A stretch of 64,000 bases of DNA from Bigelowiella natans CCMP2755 (taxonomy: Eukaryota > Protista > Cercozoa). Location: positions 78,429 to 142,428 of the forward strand of contig ADNK01000490.1 of the NCBI GenBank assembly GCA_000320545.1. Reading direction: 5' to 3'. Within the stretch, counting starts at the first letter, position 1, and every line of letters starts with the position of its first letter. Positions 46,670 to 61,066 of the stretch are shown here, piece by piece. The notes beneath the pieces were generated by a model. It made no database searches. It was not told the DNA's origin and worked only from the letters and a program-made list of their open reading frames with translations. The position numbers and the translations under genes are program-made.

Positions 46670-47330
46670 CCAACTTTGAACATGTGGAAAGAAGCTAAAT
46701 GTGCTTGCCATCATTTCTTCATGAAAACTATCGTGTGGTCTACAACGATGCAATTGCACATCGTGTGGTGCGATCAAAGATTGAAAAATCATGTGGAATC
46801 TTTGCAGTGAAAAAATGCAGAAAAATAGATGATGCTGCTATGCCACTTTGACTGACATGATGTTTGAGTTCGATGATCATGGCTAGATGGGCATCTCAAT
46901 GTGCGGGCTTAGGAACAACTATCTAACTAGACAACCGTCTGTGCGTTGTCTCTGCTAGTCCTGCTAGCCTGTGCGTTCTAGCGTTGCCCACATTTAACAG
47001 CGCCGCGCTAGCTAGCGCGCATGGCATGCATGTGCAACTAGCTAGGTTGTAGTAGGGCCAAAAACTAAACTAAGTTTTGCTCACAACCATCTCCATGCGC
47101 CATCTGCTGTAGCTAGTAGCTAACTAGCTAATGCATGTCCACTGCTAAATCCATGCTGCACGTCTAGCTGTCTAGCTGTGTTAGCCATGCTATGCTAGCA
47201 TGCTAGCATGTCCGTGGCAACTAGTCTAGCTAGCTAGTAGTGTTCAGCTAGCTAGTTCCACATCTAAGCATGCACACAACAAAGCTAGAAAGTGACGCAA
47301 ATTGACAACATGCGTGCTTCTGCAGGTCGG
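46670..47330. other. TpA-poor, CTAG-rich tract between convergent genes
   Basis: For example CTAGTCTAGCTAGCTAGTAG (47221) and ATGCTAGCATGCTAGCATG (47192). Non-CTA/TAG TpA is rare. Confidence 0.8.
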
Positions 47331-47612
47331 CATTAGTAGCTTTGTACGAGAACGCCATGCACAGCACGTGCAGCAGTGTTTCTTAATCTAGTAATCTTAG
47401 CAAGTACCATGTAAATTGCAACATGAATCACGGACACAATCATGTCTTGTCTATACCTAGATCTTTTCTAGATTCAACGCAACGGAGATGAAGGGACACA
47501 GCACATATGAATACACACACACCAATGATGGGAATAACCAACAAGTCATTGTCAAAAACAACTAACTACTAATTGAGAAAATCTAAAATGTCATTTTCGG
47601 CACCACTAGATC

Positions 47613-49496
47613 CTAAAAATATAACAGCATATAGGTTTCTGAATTTGGAAAGAATCGATATGGCTTCTCGTGCAATCCATTTTTCATATTGTTTGTGTTA
47701 CCTGGAGCAACTCCAGAGTTCTGCCCCATTGTTCCCACGACTTTGTTGAACCCGCTATTTCCTGTCTCGAGGAAATCCAGGACATCACCACCTCCTCCAT
47801 TCCCTCCCATACTCCCTGGAGCTTTCAAGAACCAATCAAAGAAACAAACAAAACCAGTTGTTATGTTGATAACAAAACCAATTGTTTTGTTGATTGTAGC
47901 TGAGAATTCGTATATCAGTAATCAGCTAGTTTCTTATGAAGTAATTGGTGGAGGGGTGTGAAGAGGGGAGAGGGGGGCGGACCATTCCACGCCTCAAAAT
48001 GGGTACATATATTCTGCTGTTGATTTGTCAGGTGATACGCAGTATTCATATGTTATCGCATTTCGAGCTGCTATCATTTTTTAACTTCAATCTCCTACCA
48101 GTTCTAGTTCCCGCTGCAAACCCGCCGAGGAAATCATCCATCCCGCCTAAAGAAGGAAAGATGTGGAGAAAAAGAAAGGAAAATAATCATGACTCGCGAA
48201 AAAAATACATGAAGAAGTTCAATGGTTCATACACAAAATTTGGACACTGAAATGTACGCTTGCCTCTCAAATAGTGTACGACAAACTAATTTAAGTTTTT
48301 CCGTCTTTCAGCAGGTTGCAAACAAATCATCCATCATTGAACTTCCACCTGAACTTCCTGCTCCGATCATTCCTCCCATCAAGTTGCTACTATTGGTGGT
48401 GCCGCCCATGAAGCCAACGCTGGTGCCGCGAGATACACTTCCCGAGCTTCCTCTCTTCGTCATCTTTGAAATCACACTTGCTTCCCCTCCTCCTCCTTCT
48501 CCTCCTGCACCTCCGGATCTTACCATCTTGTTGCTAGAGCTATGCTTGTTCATTGCTGCGTTGTTGCTATTTCTACTTCTGTCGTTGCCACCACCGAACC
48601 CAAAATCCCCGAAAGGATCATCCAGGGCGCTGGCGCTGCTGCTGCCTCCTCTCGAGGATGAATGCTTACTGCTGCTGCTGTTTCCTCCCATTCCATTCCT
48701 TTGATGATGAAGAGGGTTGCTGCTGTTACCGTTGTTCTTGGTGCTACCCGTGCTACCACTCATTAGATCGCCAAATATATCATCCGCGTTGCTAATGTTC
48801 GTAGTAGGTCCTCCTCCTCCTCCCGAGAGGAAATTGAATGCATCGGATGTGCCATCGTTACTCGCTGATTCATGCGTAGAGATAACCATGACAATAATGT
48901 TGTTACTGTGTTGTTGGTGATAATGATGAATGAATACATGCAGCAGCACAGAGATTCTTATTCAGTTCCAGGCAAGAAAGTAAAAGATTTCACTGTCGTG
49001 CAGCCTCGTATACATCATTCTACACACGCTCGCCGTCGTTAGCAGCATCATTGGCCATAATGATAATCATCATCATCAATATCATCATCATCAATATCAT
49101 CATCATCAATATCATCATCATCATCATCATCATCCTCATCCTCATCGCCTTCGCTTCTCTTTTTATCATTAGGCATTGTAACAACCCCTACCCTGTGTGG
49201 TCGTAGTCGTACTGCTCTGCTGGTTCTGGCTGGTCTGAGAGATATAGTAGGGGGCAAGGGGAGGACAAAAGTATGTGGAGACGTGTCTTGATGTTATTAT
49301 TTAAATTTTGGAAATTAGAAAACACAACAAAGATTATTTGATAACTGAACAAGGCAATATCTCAAAGTATAATCTGTAACATACATGCACGACTTGACTA
49401 CTTCCTCCCACTTTATCATTCTGCATTCTAACTCGCTTCAACTACCACGCGAGCAGGCAGTTTTGTCTGTCGTCCTGTCCTTGTGGATGATGGTAG

Positions 49497-49527
<31 letters not shown>

Positions 49528-50264
49528 ACTGCTGCACCCATCATTGTTTTCCCCCCGCTCCTACTGCTGCTGCTGCTGTTCCCGCCACCGAAGAAACCCA
49601 TGTCGAATGGATCTCTTCCTCCTCCTCCTCCTCCTCCAGCTACTTCTGCTGAAACTACATCACCTCCCGGTGTTGGTTTGGTCGCATACTCCTTGGCAAG
49701 TAGATCCGAGAAGGTTCCTGACACAACAATAACATAGAAGGGTCAGCAGATAGTACGAAAGAAGAATTCAACCGTCGCTCGTCTTTAATGATGATGACTA
49801 ACTTATAGTCAGCTCATGTTGCTAGAAGCAGAAAGAGACAGCTGCAGCAGCAGCAGCAGCAGCAGAAAAAGAAGAAGAAGAAGAAAACACTGATGATAAT
49901 GATAATGATGATGATGACGATGATAATGATAGTGCAGAATTTGCTAATTTCAAAATAAAGTTCGATACGAAACGACATTCGTTTGTCATTGCTTCTTGTT
50001 GGTTGCCAACCTCAAATTCCACTCCATTCCCTCCGCCCCCGCCCCCTTCCACCCTAGGTCAACTCCATTACCAACATCGCCAGAATCATCAAGCGCTGCA
50101 GTTAGGCCCGAAGCGTCTACTTCCTGAAAAAGAGCATCATCATTCACATCTCCCTCCATTGTTGTTGGTGTGGTGTCGCCATCGTCATTGTTGCCGTCAT
50201 TCATCGTCGTGATTGTCGTGTCCGTGTCATTATTCATCATCATGGAGAGTATACTGTTCAAGAT

Positions 50265-50298
<34 letters not shown>

Positions 50299-51033
50299 TG
50301 ATCCTGCCGAAGCCCTGTCTGACAGCTGTGCGAGTCTCAGCCTCCCAACACTAGAAAGCATGGTCTAGAGCAATAGCGCATAATAATGAGAGAATAAAGA
50401 TATTGAAGACAATGACATTCACGATGTCAGCACCCACACCACCACAACCTGTGTTATTTCCAAAAGATTCGCAACATCAGCCTTGGAGAGACACGACTCC
50501 ATCAGCAGCGGCGTGACCTAAAAGGCAGTGTGGCGGATGATGATGCAATAGGTGCGATAATAGGCTGTGATGAAGTAGAAGAGTTCTCCTTAACAATACA
50601 ACCGTATGTGATACAAAAGATCATGCAACGTGCGTTAATGTGTGCATGCGTGATGTGTGTTTCTCTCTCCCTCTCTCTCTCTCTCTCTCCCTCGTACGTG
50701 TGTGATGGGTGCAAACAGGCGAAAATCGCGAATCGAGGAAATATAAGTGAAGAAAATGGTGGCAGGGGACTTTTAGCTCTTTGGTATTAATGGTGTGCAA
50801 TTCTTTCTTCCCCAGCCCTTGGCCCCCCTCCCTCCAAATTACTTTTTCCCTAGTAACCATCTATCCTTTCTTCTTCTACTACAACTACTACTACTACAAC
50901 TACTACACTTGTATTAGCAACCATTGGTAAAAGGGTTGTAGCTGTGATGTTCGCTCCCATTGCCTTGCCAAGAGACGAATACAATCGTATAGCCGCCCGT
51001 AGTAATATCGCAGACTAACACACCATCAACGTA

Positions 51034-51074
<41 letters not shown>

Positions 51075-52165
51075 CATATATATATATATATTTTTCACAT
51101 ATATAATACCATGGTGAAAGATGCTTATGATTCAATTGCAAGAAGCAGTGTTACAAGTCCTCTCCTTGCATCAATCAGTCTTCCATCATCGTTGCTATTT
51201 ATCATTATCATCATCATCATCGTTCTTCTGATGATGCAGGGTTCCCACGCACGACTGTCATAATCACGCTACTACTACTACCGACCCTGCCGAATTTAAT
51301 TGCATCATTGACAGCAGGAATGATAAGCTCCTTCACCGTGACTTTATCAAATAACTCGAACAGGTTTCCGATGGCATTCAGTGCACCTTGTTGTTCAAAT
51401 GAGGAATAGCACATCATCATAGTAGTTCTCACCATACTCACCCACCCTCCCTCCACATATTTTCAGCATCGTCATCATCATTCCACCGTGATTAATCTAT
51501 GTTTCCTTCAGGGATGCGCTGCTCATCAATCAAGATCGGGGTTGCTTCTATCAATCTTCAATGTTTGACATCATTGTTTGTGGTTGCTTCTATCAATCTT
51601 CAATGTTTGACATCATTGTTTGTTGTTGATAATTTGCACACCCACCTGCTCGCACCTCAGCAGGACCTGGCCCCTTGGCGAGTCTTTGGATCTTCGGTAA
51701 TATGCTTTTTTGTTGAAGACGGAGAAGACACAAGGGATGGTGAGGTGGCAATGACGACGATGATGATGATGATGATGATGATAAGGAACGACATCAATGA
51801 TGCAAATGCTGCTGCTGCTGATGATGATGATGAAAGTCTGGTGGTGGAGGAAGGAAAAAAACACGTAGAAACAAACTCGCCCCCCCCCCCCCCCCCACAT
51901 CTACACAAGAGCAAGCAAAAGGAAGAAAGAGAGAGAGAGACTAAAGACACTGAGATACAAACGTACATATATTGTGATTTGTGCATACAAATATCTGTGG
52001 CCATGTCCGCTTGCACAAACACACACACACACACACATACAGTTACATAAAAATGATGATATGATTTGTACCGCTGCTGCTGCATTGGTTGCATACATAC
52101 ATGCGAGGAGGAATTTGTGTAAAGCTTGGATCAGTTATTAATGACTTGGGTGAAAGAAAAAAGGG

Positions 52166-52251
<86 letters not shown>

Positions 52252-55200
52252 CGCGCGTGACACTGTATATATGAGGTTGTTCTCACTCTGTTTTGAGTGC
52301 AGAATAAGCGAATTTGTTCGCATTGGCCGTTTCCACGATCTTTCGCATTGCTAGTTAAGTAAAACAAATAAAATAAGAATAGAATCACCGTCCATCATTC
52401 ATCATTACCCCTTAAACTAAGACCGGGGAGAGAGGGATAAAGGAGAAACTTCATCTATCAACTGCTACTCCTTCTTGCTTCTCATCACAGACAGTAGTAG
52501 CTACGATAGCATGCACATACATTATCTTCTTTATAAGAACAACACGCTACTGCACTCCTCCTTCCATTTTAGGTGACTCAATCATCGACTCACTTCCAGG
52601 TGGAAGGGAAGATGTTGATATTATTATCACCACCACCAAGAACCGTAGTAGCTAACACGCATGGATGGCTACGCACCTAAGTCCTGCAGACGATTTTCTT
52701 TGGACTCCAAACCCGCAAGGAGCAATGGCACTAGAAGCTATAACCACAACCCAAAAGGACAGAACGGTGAAAAAAGTGTAAGGAAGAATGCTCCCAACAT
52801 TGCTGTTACATCTTGTGAATATCAATAATATTCTTTAGCAGACAAAGTAGTCATCCATTCGAAAATTTCGAATATCTCTTATAGAAGCTTCAATAACGTG
52901 TGCAATTAAACGGCAGTGGAGAAACATTTACTAACTCCTTGCTGCTGGCCATCATCCGTCTTCTCCACCAGGAATGTAAAATTTGACAAAACCTTTATCG
53001 TAATACAACATTCATCATTACCACCACCATCATCATCATCATCATCATAAGCAACATCATGCGGCACTTTCTTCATCAACTCGTTTACGTCAATAGCGAC
53101 GTATCCCGAACTGGTTAGGGTAGGGGGCAGGAGGTGTCCTCTCTCTCTCTCCCTCTCTCTGTGCGTGTGTGTAGACTTTCGATCTCGAGAATTAAGTATA
53201 TATGTGCTACTAGTATTTACATACATATATTCATTCCTCCTACTTCTTACCACATAAACGAACTGTGGCGTTTTTATCTGAGACACCCTTCGCAAAACCG
53301 GAACGATCTATCCGACAATGATGATGACGACAACCAGAAACACAAACATGTGCGTAGATGGCCACACTGTGATGTGAATATCTCACCGATATATGTCGCG
53401 TCTATTAGAGCACTATCATCACCATTATCATTATCATTATCAACAACATCTTTCTCGATCCTCAGGCCCACAACCCCTAATACTGCCACCACCACCAACC
53501 ACAAGATTCAACCTAGACAACAAACAGCAGCAGCATCGGCACACTCACGAACACTACTACTACTAGTAGTAGTAGGTAGTAGGAGTAAATACCACCTTCT
53601 CTGCGAACGATCTTTTCGGCATCCTTTCCGCACACTTCAAAATAGCCGGCAACGTATACAACATCAGTGGCTTTTCTCCCACCTGCCGGGTTCGTACGAA
53701 TAGATGTTCACTAGGTGAAAATGATGATGATAATGATGATAATGATGATATTATGACGACAACACAATATCATTTGTCGCGATATAGTAATATTTACCAT
53801 CATGCAATAATAAAAAAGAGTAGTTATGGCAACTACCTTCCACTGGAGCATCAGCTTTGGAAGGACCTGGAAGAATATTGTGTTTAGTTCATAACCGTCA
53901 ATCAATTGAGTCCATACCCCAACCCCCCCTTCTTTGTCCACAGAATGCATCACCTTCATCTCCGCGTTCCTTGCATCGAAAAGGTTAATCACTTTTGGAA
54001 GCTGCCTATGGAGAGCAGAGAGAGAATCGAGGAAAGACGAAGGGATGAAGAAGATGATAATGTAGTATAACTTCAGAGTAAACTTAACAATGAACTTTCA
54101 AAAGAAACTATATGCGAATGAGTCCTGAGAAATGATTTGCATGATATGATGATGCTAACTACTGCACGCGATGATATAAGATGTACCACCCATGATTCTA
54201 TCGACTATTTCATTATTATTTCGGTGCAGTGTGTACAATATCGAATCGAAGGGGGGAGGTGGAGGCTGTAGAGGAAGAAAATAATAAATAACTACCTTAG
54301 GAACTGCACGCGGGTCTTGAGGTCTGTTTGGAGCAACCCATCGAGGTACCTTTTCGTTGTTTGCAGTGATGATGAAGGTAAGTGATGAATGATGGATGAT
54401 GGTGGATAATGATGATGATCCATCGATGATGGGTTACATGCTGCTTCAGCCCAGTAACCCAAAAAAATGGTACGTAATGGATCTTCTTCTTCCTTTCCAC
54501 GCACATCCCCCCCCCCCACCCACCCACACCTGAGTGTCCTTACAAGCACATCGTTGTAATACTCGGACGATAAGAAGCCTTTAAGCGAAGCTCGATGTGT
54601 GGGATCAACGGCCAGCATTCTCGCCAAATACCTTCAGCAATGACGATGATGTGATGATGATGATGATGATGATGATTATAGGTTACTACTACTTCCGCAG
54701 GGTCTTCGGTATACTGTCCAAGATCAAAGGCCTGTGCAAGCTCCCTAAAGCGTAGATGTCATTGTTGTAATTGTTGCAATCGTGTACACAACATATAAAT
54801 ACAGATTTTTGGATGAAAACGCATAATTTCGGTGGGGGCGAGCGATGAGGGAGATGAGAGGAATACGTTTATTGTCTTCTTCGAGATTTATGCTATGTAT
54901 ACACACTACTACTACTACTACTACTACTACTACGTGCGCGCACCTAACATCTGCAATAACATACTGCACTCTCCTACCTACTAGTTGAGAAACTGTCAAT
55001 GCTACTACTACTGCTTCTACTACTGCTACTATTGCTACACTACGCTCTACCTATCCAAGCCCTGTATTCATCAATGCTTGCCACCTGATATAGTAGAGAC
55101 AGTAACGTGAGTAACTAGTAGTTGAAACATAGCAGCAGCACCAGCACCAGCACAAAAGGTGTCAACACTCTTGAATAACATCCTTTCCTTATAACCCAAC

Positions 55201-57884
55201 ATGCAAAAACTTTGTCCTTTACGTATATGTAGGAAGCAAGAGGAGAAGTGGTGGGAATGGTGAATGATAGCAGCCATGGCAAGCTCGAAGACGACGGATG
55301 AAAAATATGTATATGTGTTGTTCCTACTACAACATTATCAATGCTAAGTGCATTGCAGTCTTTGAGTTCTCACCGGCTTCGGGGAATGCTGCTTCTTGGC
55401 GATGAACTTGCAAAGGTGATATGCAACCTACCACGGCGAAAAAGGATGGTTGATGATGAGAATGAGGGACATAACGAGATATTATAACGAAAAGCGAGTA
55501 GCCACGGTACGCTAGAGAGAAAGAGGAAAACGAATAACAGAAGGGGGGGGGGGGGGGGGGGTGACGGAGGAGTTCATAAATTCAACCCCTATTACAAGCC
55601 CCTTGCTACTTTGTTTCGAGTCTCTTCTATCATCTTCTAAGCTATAAAATGTAGTAAGGAGCAGCAGCCGTGATGGTGAATAAATAAGCACACATGAAGG
55701 GCTACGATATTGAAGATGATGATAATATGACTGCAGGGAGATGACAAATGATGATGATGCTAATGATGCTGATGATGCTGATGATGACGACGGATGATGA
55801 CTATGATGATGATGATGACGGATGATGATAACGGCGGCGGTACCAAAGTCGTTTGTGTCTCCGCCTTCTGGGAGAAACCGAACCCTGTTGTCATTGTTGT
55901 TGATGTTGATGATGGATGATGGGGGATGATGGATGATAGCAACGATGTAGGAATGACTACAATGACCATTATGACGACTACATCATTCAACGAAATTGAT
56001 GAAAGGTAATTATTTGATGATGTGCATGGTGCACGGATGAATGGATGGATGGATGGAAGGGGAATAGCATGTTGGCAAAGCTATGCGCCTCTCTCACTCT
56101 CTTATCACCCGCGAGTTTCCAGTGGCCGCTAGGCGTAAGATAGATGTTGCAAGGAGATACGTGGCCATGGATCAAACGTCCTGATGTGTGCAAAAATTCC
56201 AGGCATTCTACTAGTTGCCGCAATCCGTTCTTCACGTCCAAGTGCGTGATCTGGACCTAAAGAGGGGGGAAGGTTGGTGTCAAGGGTTTGGCGTATCTAC
56301 CTTCTTCTGCAACCGCTACTACTGCTGTCGGGGCATGTTCTGTCTATGAAAGTGAAGATATGGCGACGGGGAAAAACAATGCTCTCTTCCTTGAATATTT
56401 GTACATTAGCCAGGTGGGCTGGGAGTTGTAGCGATGTTGACCCTAAGTAAGGAAAGAAGGAGATGTTTGGAATATTCCGCAATGGCAAGTATAGGGAGAT
56501 GATAAGGGAAGGAGGATTCTCGATAGCTCAATATTCATAGTATGAAAATGCGTAGTCTATATGCTGCAGATATGCCCATCATTACCGTTGCCCTTTCCAT
56601 CCTTGCCCTCTGCTGCCGCTCCGGGAACAACCTACGGAGAAGAGCAAGATTCAAAACGCCACCTCTTTCGTCTCCTTCTCTTGGGGCTTCGAGAAGGGAA
56701 AAATAAATAAATAAATAAATCGAAAGAAACAGGTGTGAAGAAGCATATTCTCTGAAGTAACCCCTTCGATCCCACGGGTGTCGCCAAGTAAGTTTGCTAG
56801 TGAACACACCTTATAGCAAGGATGTAAGTATAAAAATAATCACCACTGTATGCAAGAGTCACAAAAAGTCACATATATTCTGTCCTTAAAGCATGGTGAA
56901 CAAAATAATATACGTGAATGATACTACTGCTGCTATTCTCCTACTCCTCCTCAACCCCTCCTCCTCCTACTCCTTCTTCTCGTACTACTACTACTACCAC
57001 TACTACTACTACTATTTCTACCACAGGCTCCGTAACGAACACCAAAGCACCTAGAAGAAAGGAAAACAAAATATTAAGACAACACCTCCATCTCGCACAT
57101 CTCGCAAAATACCCATCATCACTACAGAAAATCTCATATCATTTGTATTCAGGTTATATCGAGAAGAATATGGAGCACCAAATGTCCATTTTTATATAAT
57201 ATTTACGACTAGAGTTATAAATTGAAGTACTATATATTATATTATTCCTTTTCGTTAACAATTTATATTATTTTACAGAGCACCTAAATTTTAGTAATAA
57301 AATACTGATAATCAACAACAAAATCAAGAGCCACGCACTTCTATCTTCGCAAGGAGCACGTTTAACATCCAATACGTGCGGATGTCTGAGCTTGGTCAAG
57401 ATCGATGCATCCTTCTTAATCACCTGAAATCACCGCGAGAGTGATTTTTTGCACGTGTAATTTTTGTAAATGATCAATATATGCACATGTAAATATATCA
57501 CCCACCTTCTCCCAAAGTTCGTCGCGACCTACCCTTGGAATGCTCTGCAATTTAATCAAGAAAATGACAATATAATAAATGAGATAAATACGTATGGTGG
57601 TAGGGGATTGACGATGATGATAATGGCGATGATGATGATGGTGATGGTGATGATAATGATCACAACCTTCTTCTGAATGAGGAAGATTGACACTTGCTTC
57701 TTCGATTTACGGTCTCTTCCAGGGAATATCTGAATGCAAGTGGCTACGTGGGTGGATCATAATCATACAGCGACTACTCTACATCGCCAATAAGGACTTC
57801 ATCATACACCTGCCAAAGCATTCCAACGCCGCCCGAGGCTGCTTTAGACCGATCCCAGTCATAGTGTTTCAGCAGCTGGTTCAT
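47613..57884 (-). CDS. SCYL2: SCY1-like pseudokinase (SCYL2/CVAK104-like) with HEAT region and disordered DPF-motif tail
   Basis: Exons LLKHYDW..GGVGMLWQ / IFPGRDRKSKKQVSIFLIQKK / ASILTKLRHPHVL / LVFVTEPV / GLRQLVECLEFLHTSGRLIHGHVSPCNIYLTPSGHWKLAG/FGFS / ARMLAVDPTHRAS..YYNDVLVRTLR/YLDGLL. The tail has DDPFGDF and RDPFDM. Confidence 0.85.
51541..51624. repeat. 42-bp tandem duplication in an SCYL2 intron
   Basis: GTTGCTTCTATCAATCTTCAATGTTTGACATCATTGTTTGT(G/T) twice. Confidence 0.95.
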
Positions 57885-58699
57885 TATTGTTGTATGATTC
57901 ATTCGAATGCCGTCATGATATATGATAGTAATCTCTATTTGGGAAAAAGATGGAAAATCTAAGGTGGTAAGACGTAGATGCCTTGCTGGCCACTTTCATA
58001 TCTACTAGTAGTCTATTCTCTTTAAGCGCGGACTTCCTTTCCGAAACCCATTATAGTGATAAAATAGAACTATTCTGACAAGTACCGCGTTCCCCATCTA
58101 CGAAGAAGAAGGACTTCGGGTGGCTTCCCTCGAGAATGCCTGCAAGGAAGTGGCGGAAGAACAAGCTTCGCGATCGGCCCGATCAATTCAGATACAAACA
58201 ATGTGTGATCATAGGGACAAACTGTCATTTCCCCAAGAGTTTTCATTATGCGACATGATTCCCGTCCTTATCTCGCCAAACATTACGACACAACAAAAAG
58301 GACCTGGTTCTCTACACGATACATGGGCGCCTGAGAGTCTGAATCATGTTTTCAGTGGTTCGCAGGCTGACAATTTATCATGCGGGAAACTTCTATTAGG
58401 CGACGATCTCCAAGCTAAAGAGTGCATATGTGTTGTCGCATGTAACAAAACCGATGGGATTTTAGGAAATATCTAAGGAGAAGAGCTGTCTCATAAGGTT
58501 TCGCCTCGTAGTCACAATTCGAGAGAGAATTATTAGAAGAAAGATCCCATCCCCCCTTGCCTTTCAGAACACCTCTACCGTCCTCTACCGTCCTTCCTCA
58601 CAATCTAGAACAGAAGAAACCGTCCCGGTCCCAACCTCTAGTTAGTCTAAAAGAAGAAATTCCCCCTTATTCTTTTTTTAGAGTCTATAGGAGTCAGGG

Positions 58700-59248
58700 A
58701 TGGAAGAAGGCGCGGAGCAGCAACAGCCGCAGCAACGAAACAACGGAGTTGTTCTGGACGAGGAAGCTATTTTCTTCAAACAAGAGCAGCGAAGAGAGAC
58801 TGCAGCACGGCGGAAGCGGAGACGTGCGGAAGAGAAGACTGAACAGGTCAAGCGCCTTAAATCTCAGGAGGGGAAAGCAGATGAATCCGACAAGAAGTTC
58901 CTGGAGTGTTTGAAGAAGTTGAAAGTGAAAGAACTCAAAGTCTTATGCGAAAGTAACTATCTCTTCAAGTCCGGTTCCAAGCCTCAATTGATTGAGCGCA
59001 TTTTCTCCACGAAGAAGCACGGGGGCGCTGGCCCGTGTCCAAATTGTGCGCACAATCTGTTTATCTTCTACAATAAAAGAACCCATGACCCAAACAGCGT
59101 GGAGTGCAGAAATACCAGTCTTTACGGAGAATCCTGCACCTACAATGCTAAAATTACACGTTCAAACAAGGCTACTGTACTCAGCCACAAGTTGAGAGAT
59201 ACCAAAGACGGTTTCCTCCTATCTGTCGGCATCACCCTTGACCAGTAG
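58700..59248 (+). CDS. Intronless small protein with SAP-like helices and a PADR1 (PARP Zn3-like) C4 zinc-binding module
   Basis: LKKLKVKELKVLCESNYLFKSGSKPQLIERI followed by GAGPCPNCAHNL...VECRNTSLYGESC, with a basic NLS-like RRKRRR upstream. Confidence 0.65.
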   Translation: MEEGAEQQQPQQRNNGVVLDEEAIFFKQEQRRETAARRKRRRAEEKTEQVKRLKSQEGKADESDKKFLECLKKLKVKELKVLCESNYLFKSGSKPQLIERIFSTKKHGGAGPCPNCAHNLFIFYNKRTHDPNSVECRNTSLYGESCTYNAKITRSNKATVLSHKLRDTKDGFLLSVGITLDQ

Positions 59249-61066
59249 CAGTTGATTAATAAATACTGCTGCTGCTGCTCTGTGTTCTATGGTGAGAGAA
59301 GTAATTCCTGCGTATTTTAAGCATACCATATTATTTTCATTTGAAGCAATATTCCACTTGGTGACAAAAGCGTATGAATAGAGTTAGTTCTTAGCTCGTA
59401 TTACAAAATGGAGACCATTGTCTTCGAAACACCCCAGTACAGCTTCCTTCTTGTGCCAATCAAGTTTGTCTCTTGCGGCATTTTTTGAAAGGAGAGAATA
59501 AGTTCGGCTTGTCATGGTTGAAATGAATTTGCACTTGCAACTCTTGCAACTCTTACATCTATTCCCCCCTCCCCCATCAAATGCATTCACAATCAATCAT
59601 TCAAAAATAACGATGCACGCTGTACATATTCCTAATATTCTACCAACAAAATACCAGTAGTCCTTATTCCAAGATATCACTCCTGTGGTGATTTATACAG
59701 TCTTCGTTTATACAGAGATCATTATTTAAATGATTAAACCATATTATCGGTACGCGTGCTATTCTGTGCGCGTGCAAGAATGCTACTTTTAATACCGACT
59801 TCGTAGACCTCAACTCTACAACAACAAACTAAACATCACCTTGTAGCAGGTCGAACAAAATTAGCGAAACCTTGCTCTTGCAATGGTGCCTTGAAAGCCA
59901 TAAGATCATAGCGTGCAATATACCTCAATAATGATGAGAGAAATGTTTGCCTTTGTTCAACTACTCATTGTTATTCTTTACCGATGCAGTAGATAAACTC
60001 GTGCAATCCAACATAATTAAATTCAATAAAATTTTAATCCAATGGTAGATACGTACTATGCACGCATCTGGCCGACCTGTAATGCTCTGCTCTGGCTAGC
60101 TGGTGAGCTGCGCAGCTAGCTATATGATACAAGCTTAGAGGGGGAATGCGCGACGCGCCCGTTGCAGAAAGCAAAATAGAGAAAGGCGGGCGTTTCATCA
60201 TCGCTCACATCTGGATGTACATGCTAATAATCGTATCAAGCCTACTACATGTCACATCGAATGTAGCTCTAGAGCTAGATGGAGTGAATCTGCCATAGCT
60301 AGCATAGCTAGATAGTTATGTCTAGAGTTCAACCGCACATGCGTACTACGACTTGGCGACCTTGCTAGCTGGTAAACGCTACGGACCGCCCGGCTAATGT
60401 GTCCACCACCATCTTACGAGCAACACCAGCAGTGCTAGTGTGTGGATGAATAGCCAGAGGAATGCTAGCATGCTAGCATATTTGCATGTTATGCAGAATA
60501 ATCTCGTAATATCAAGAGTCTCACGAGTCAAGAGCACGCAGCATTATGATGAATTGACTGCGTTGCATGTGACGTACAGCTGCAATGCATGAACACGTAC
60601 AAGGAACAATCTACTAATGCTGGGATATATCACTATGTATATGGCATTGTACGCTAGGCGCTATTTCCGATCTATGTCTATGATCACCATATTTTCACAT
60701 GAAACAAACCCCAAGAACAAGGCGAAAGGAACAAGCTTGGTAAGGCACACACATACTTCACGGGGCGAGAATTGTTTGCGCTCACTAAAATTTAAATAGG
60801 TTCAAATTTTCCCCATTCATGAAAATGTGACTTACAATTTATAGTTGTATATTAGTAAACGCATTACACATATCTCATACACGAATTTTATCGTGTTCTT
60901 TTCGTCCTTACAGATATAAAGAAGGTAAGTAGCAGTTGTAACATTGTTCACATTAAGGACAAGGAAAACAAAAATGAATACTATTGTATACGTAATATTG
61001 AATGAGACTTCCTAAGATAATTGGTTGGAACGGGCACAGACATCATATTAGGCAGTCACAGCTTCT

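Noticed and set aside
46880-47330. CTAG tracts as telomeric repeats
   Set aside because: No tandem TTAGGG or TCTAGGG units, and the repeats are irregular.
51541-51624. Direct repeats as a possible CRISPR array
   Set aside because: Only two adjacent copies with no spacer, inside a eukaryotic intron.
58120-58476. 118-aa ORF in the divergent gap
   Set aside because: Non-ATG start, no motif and no supporting exon chain.
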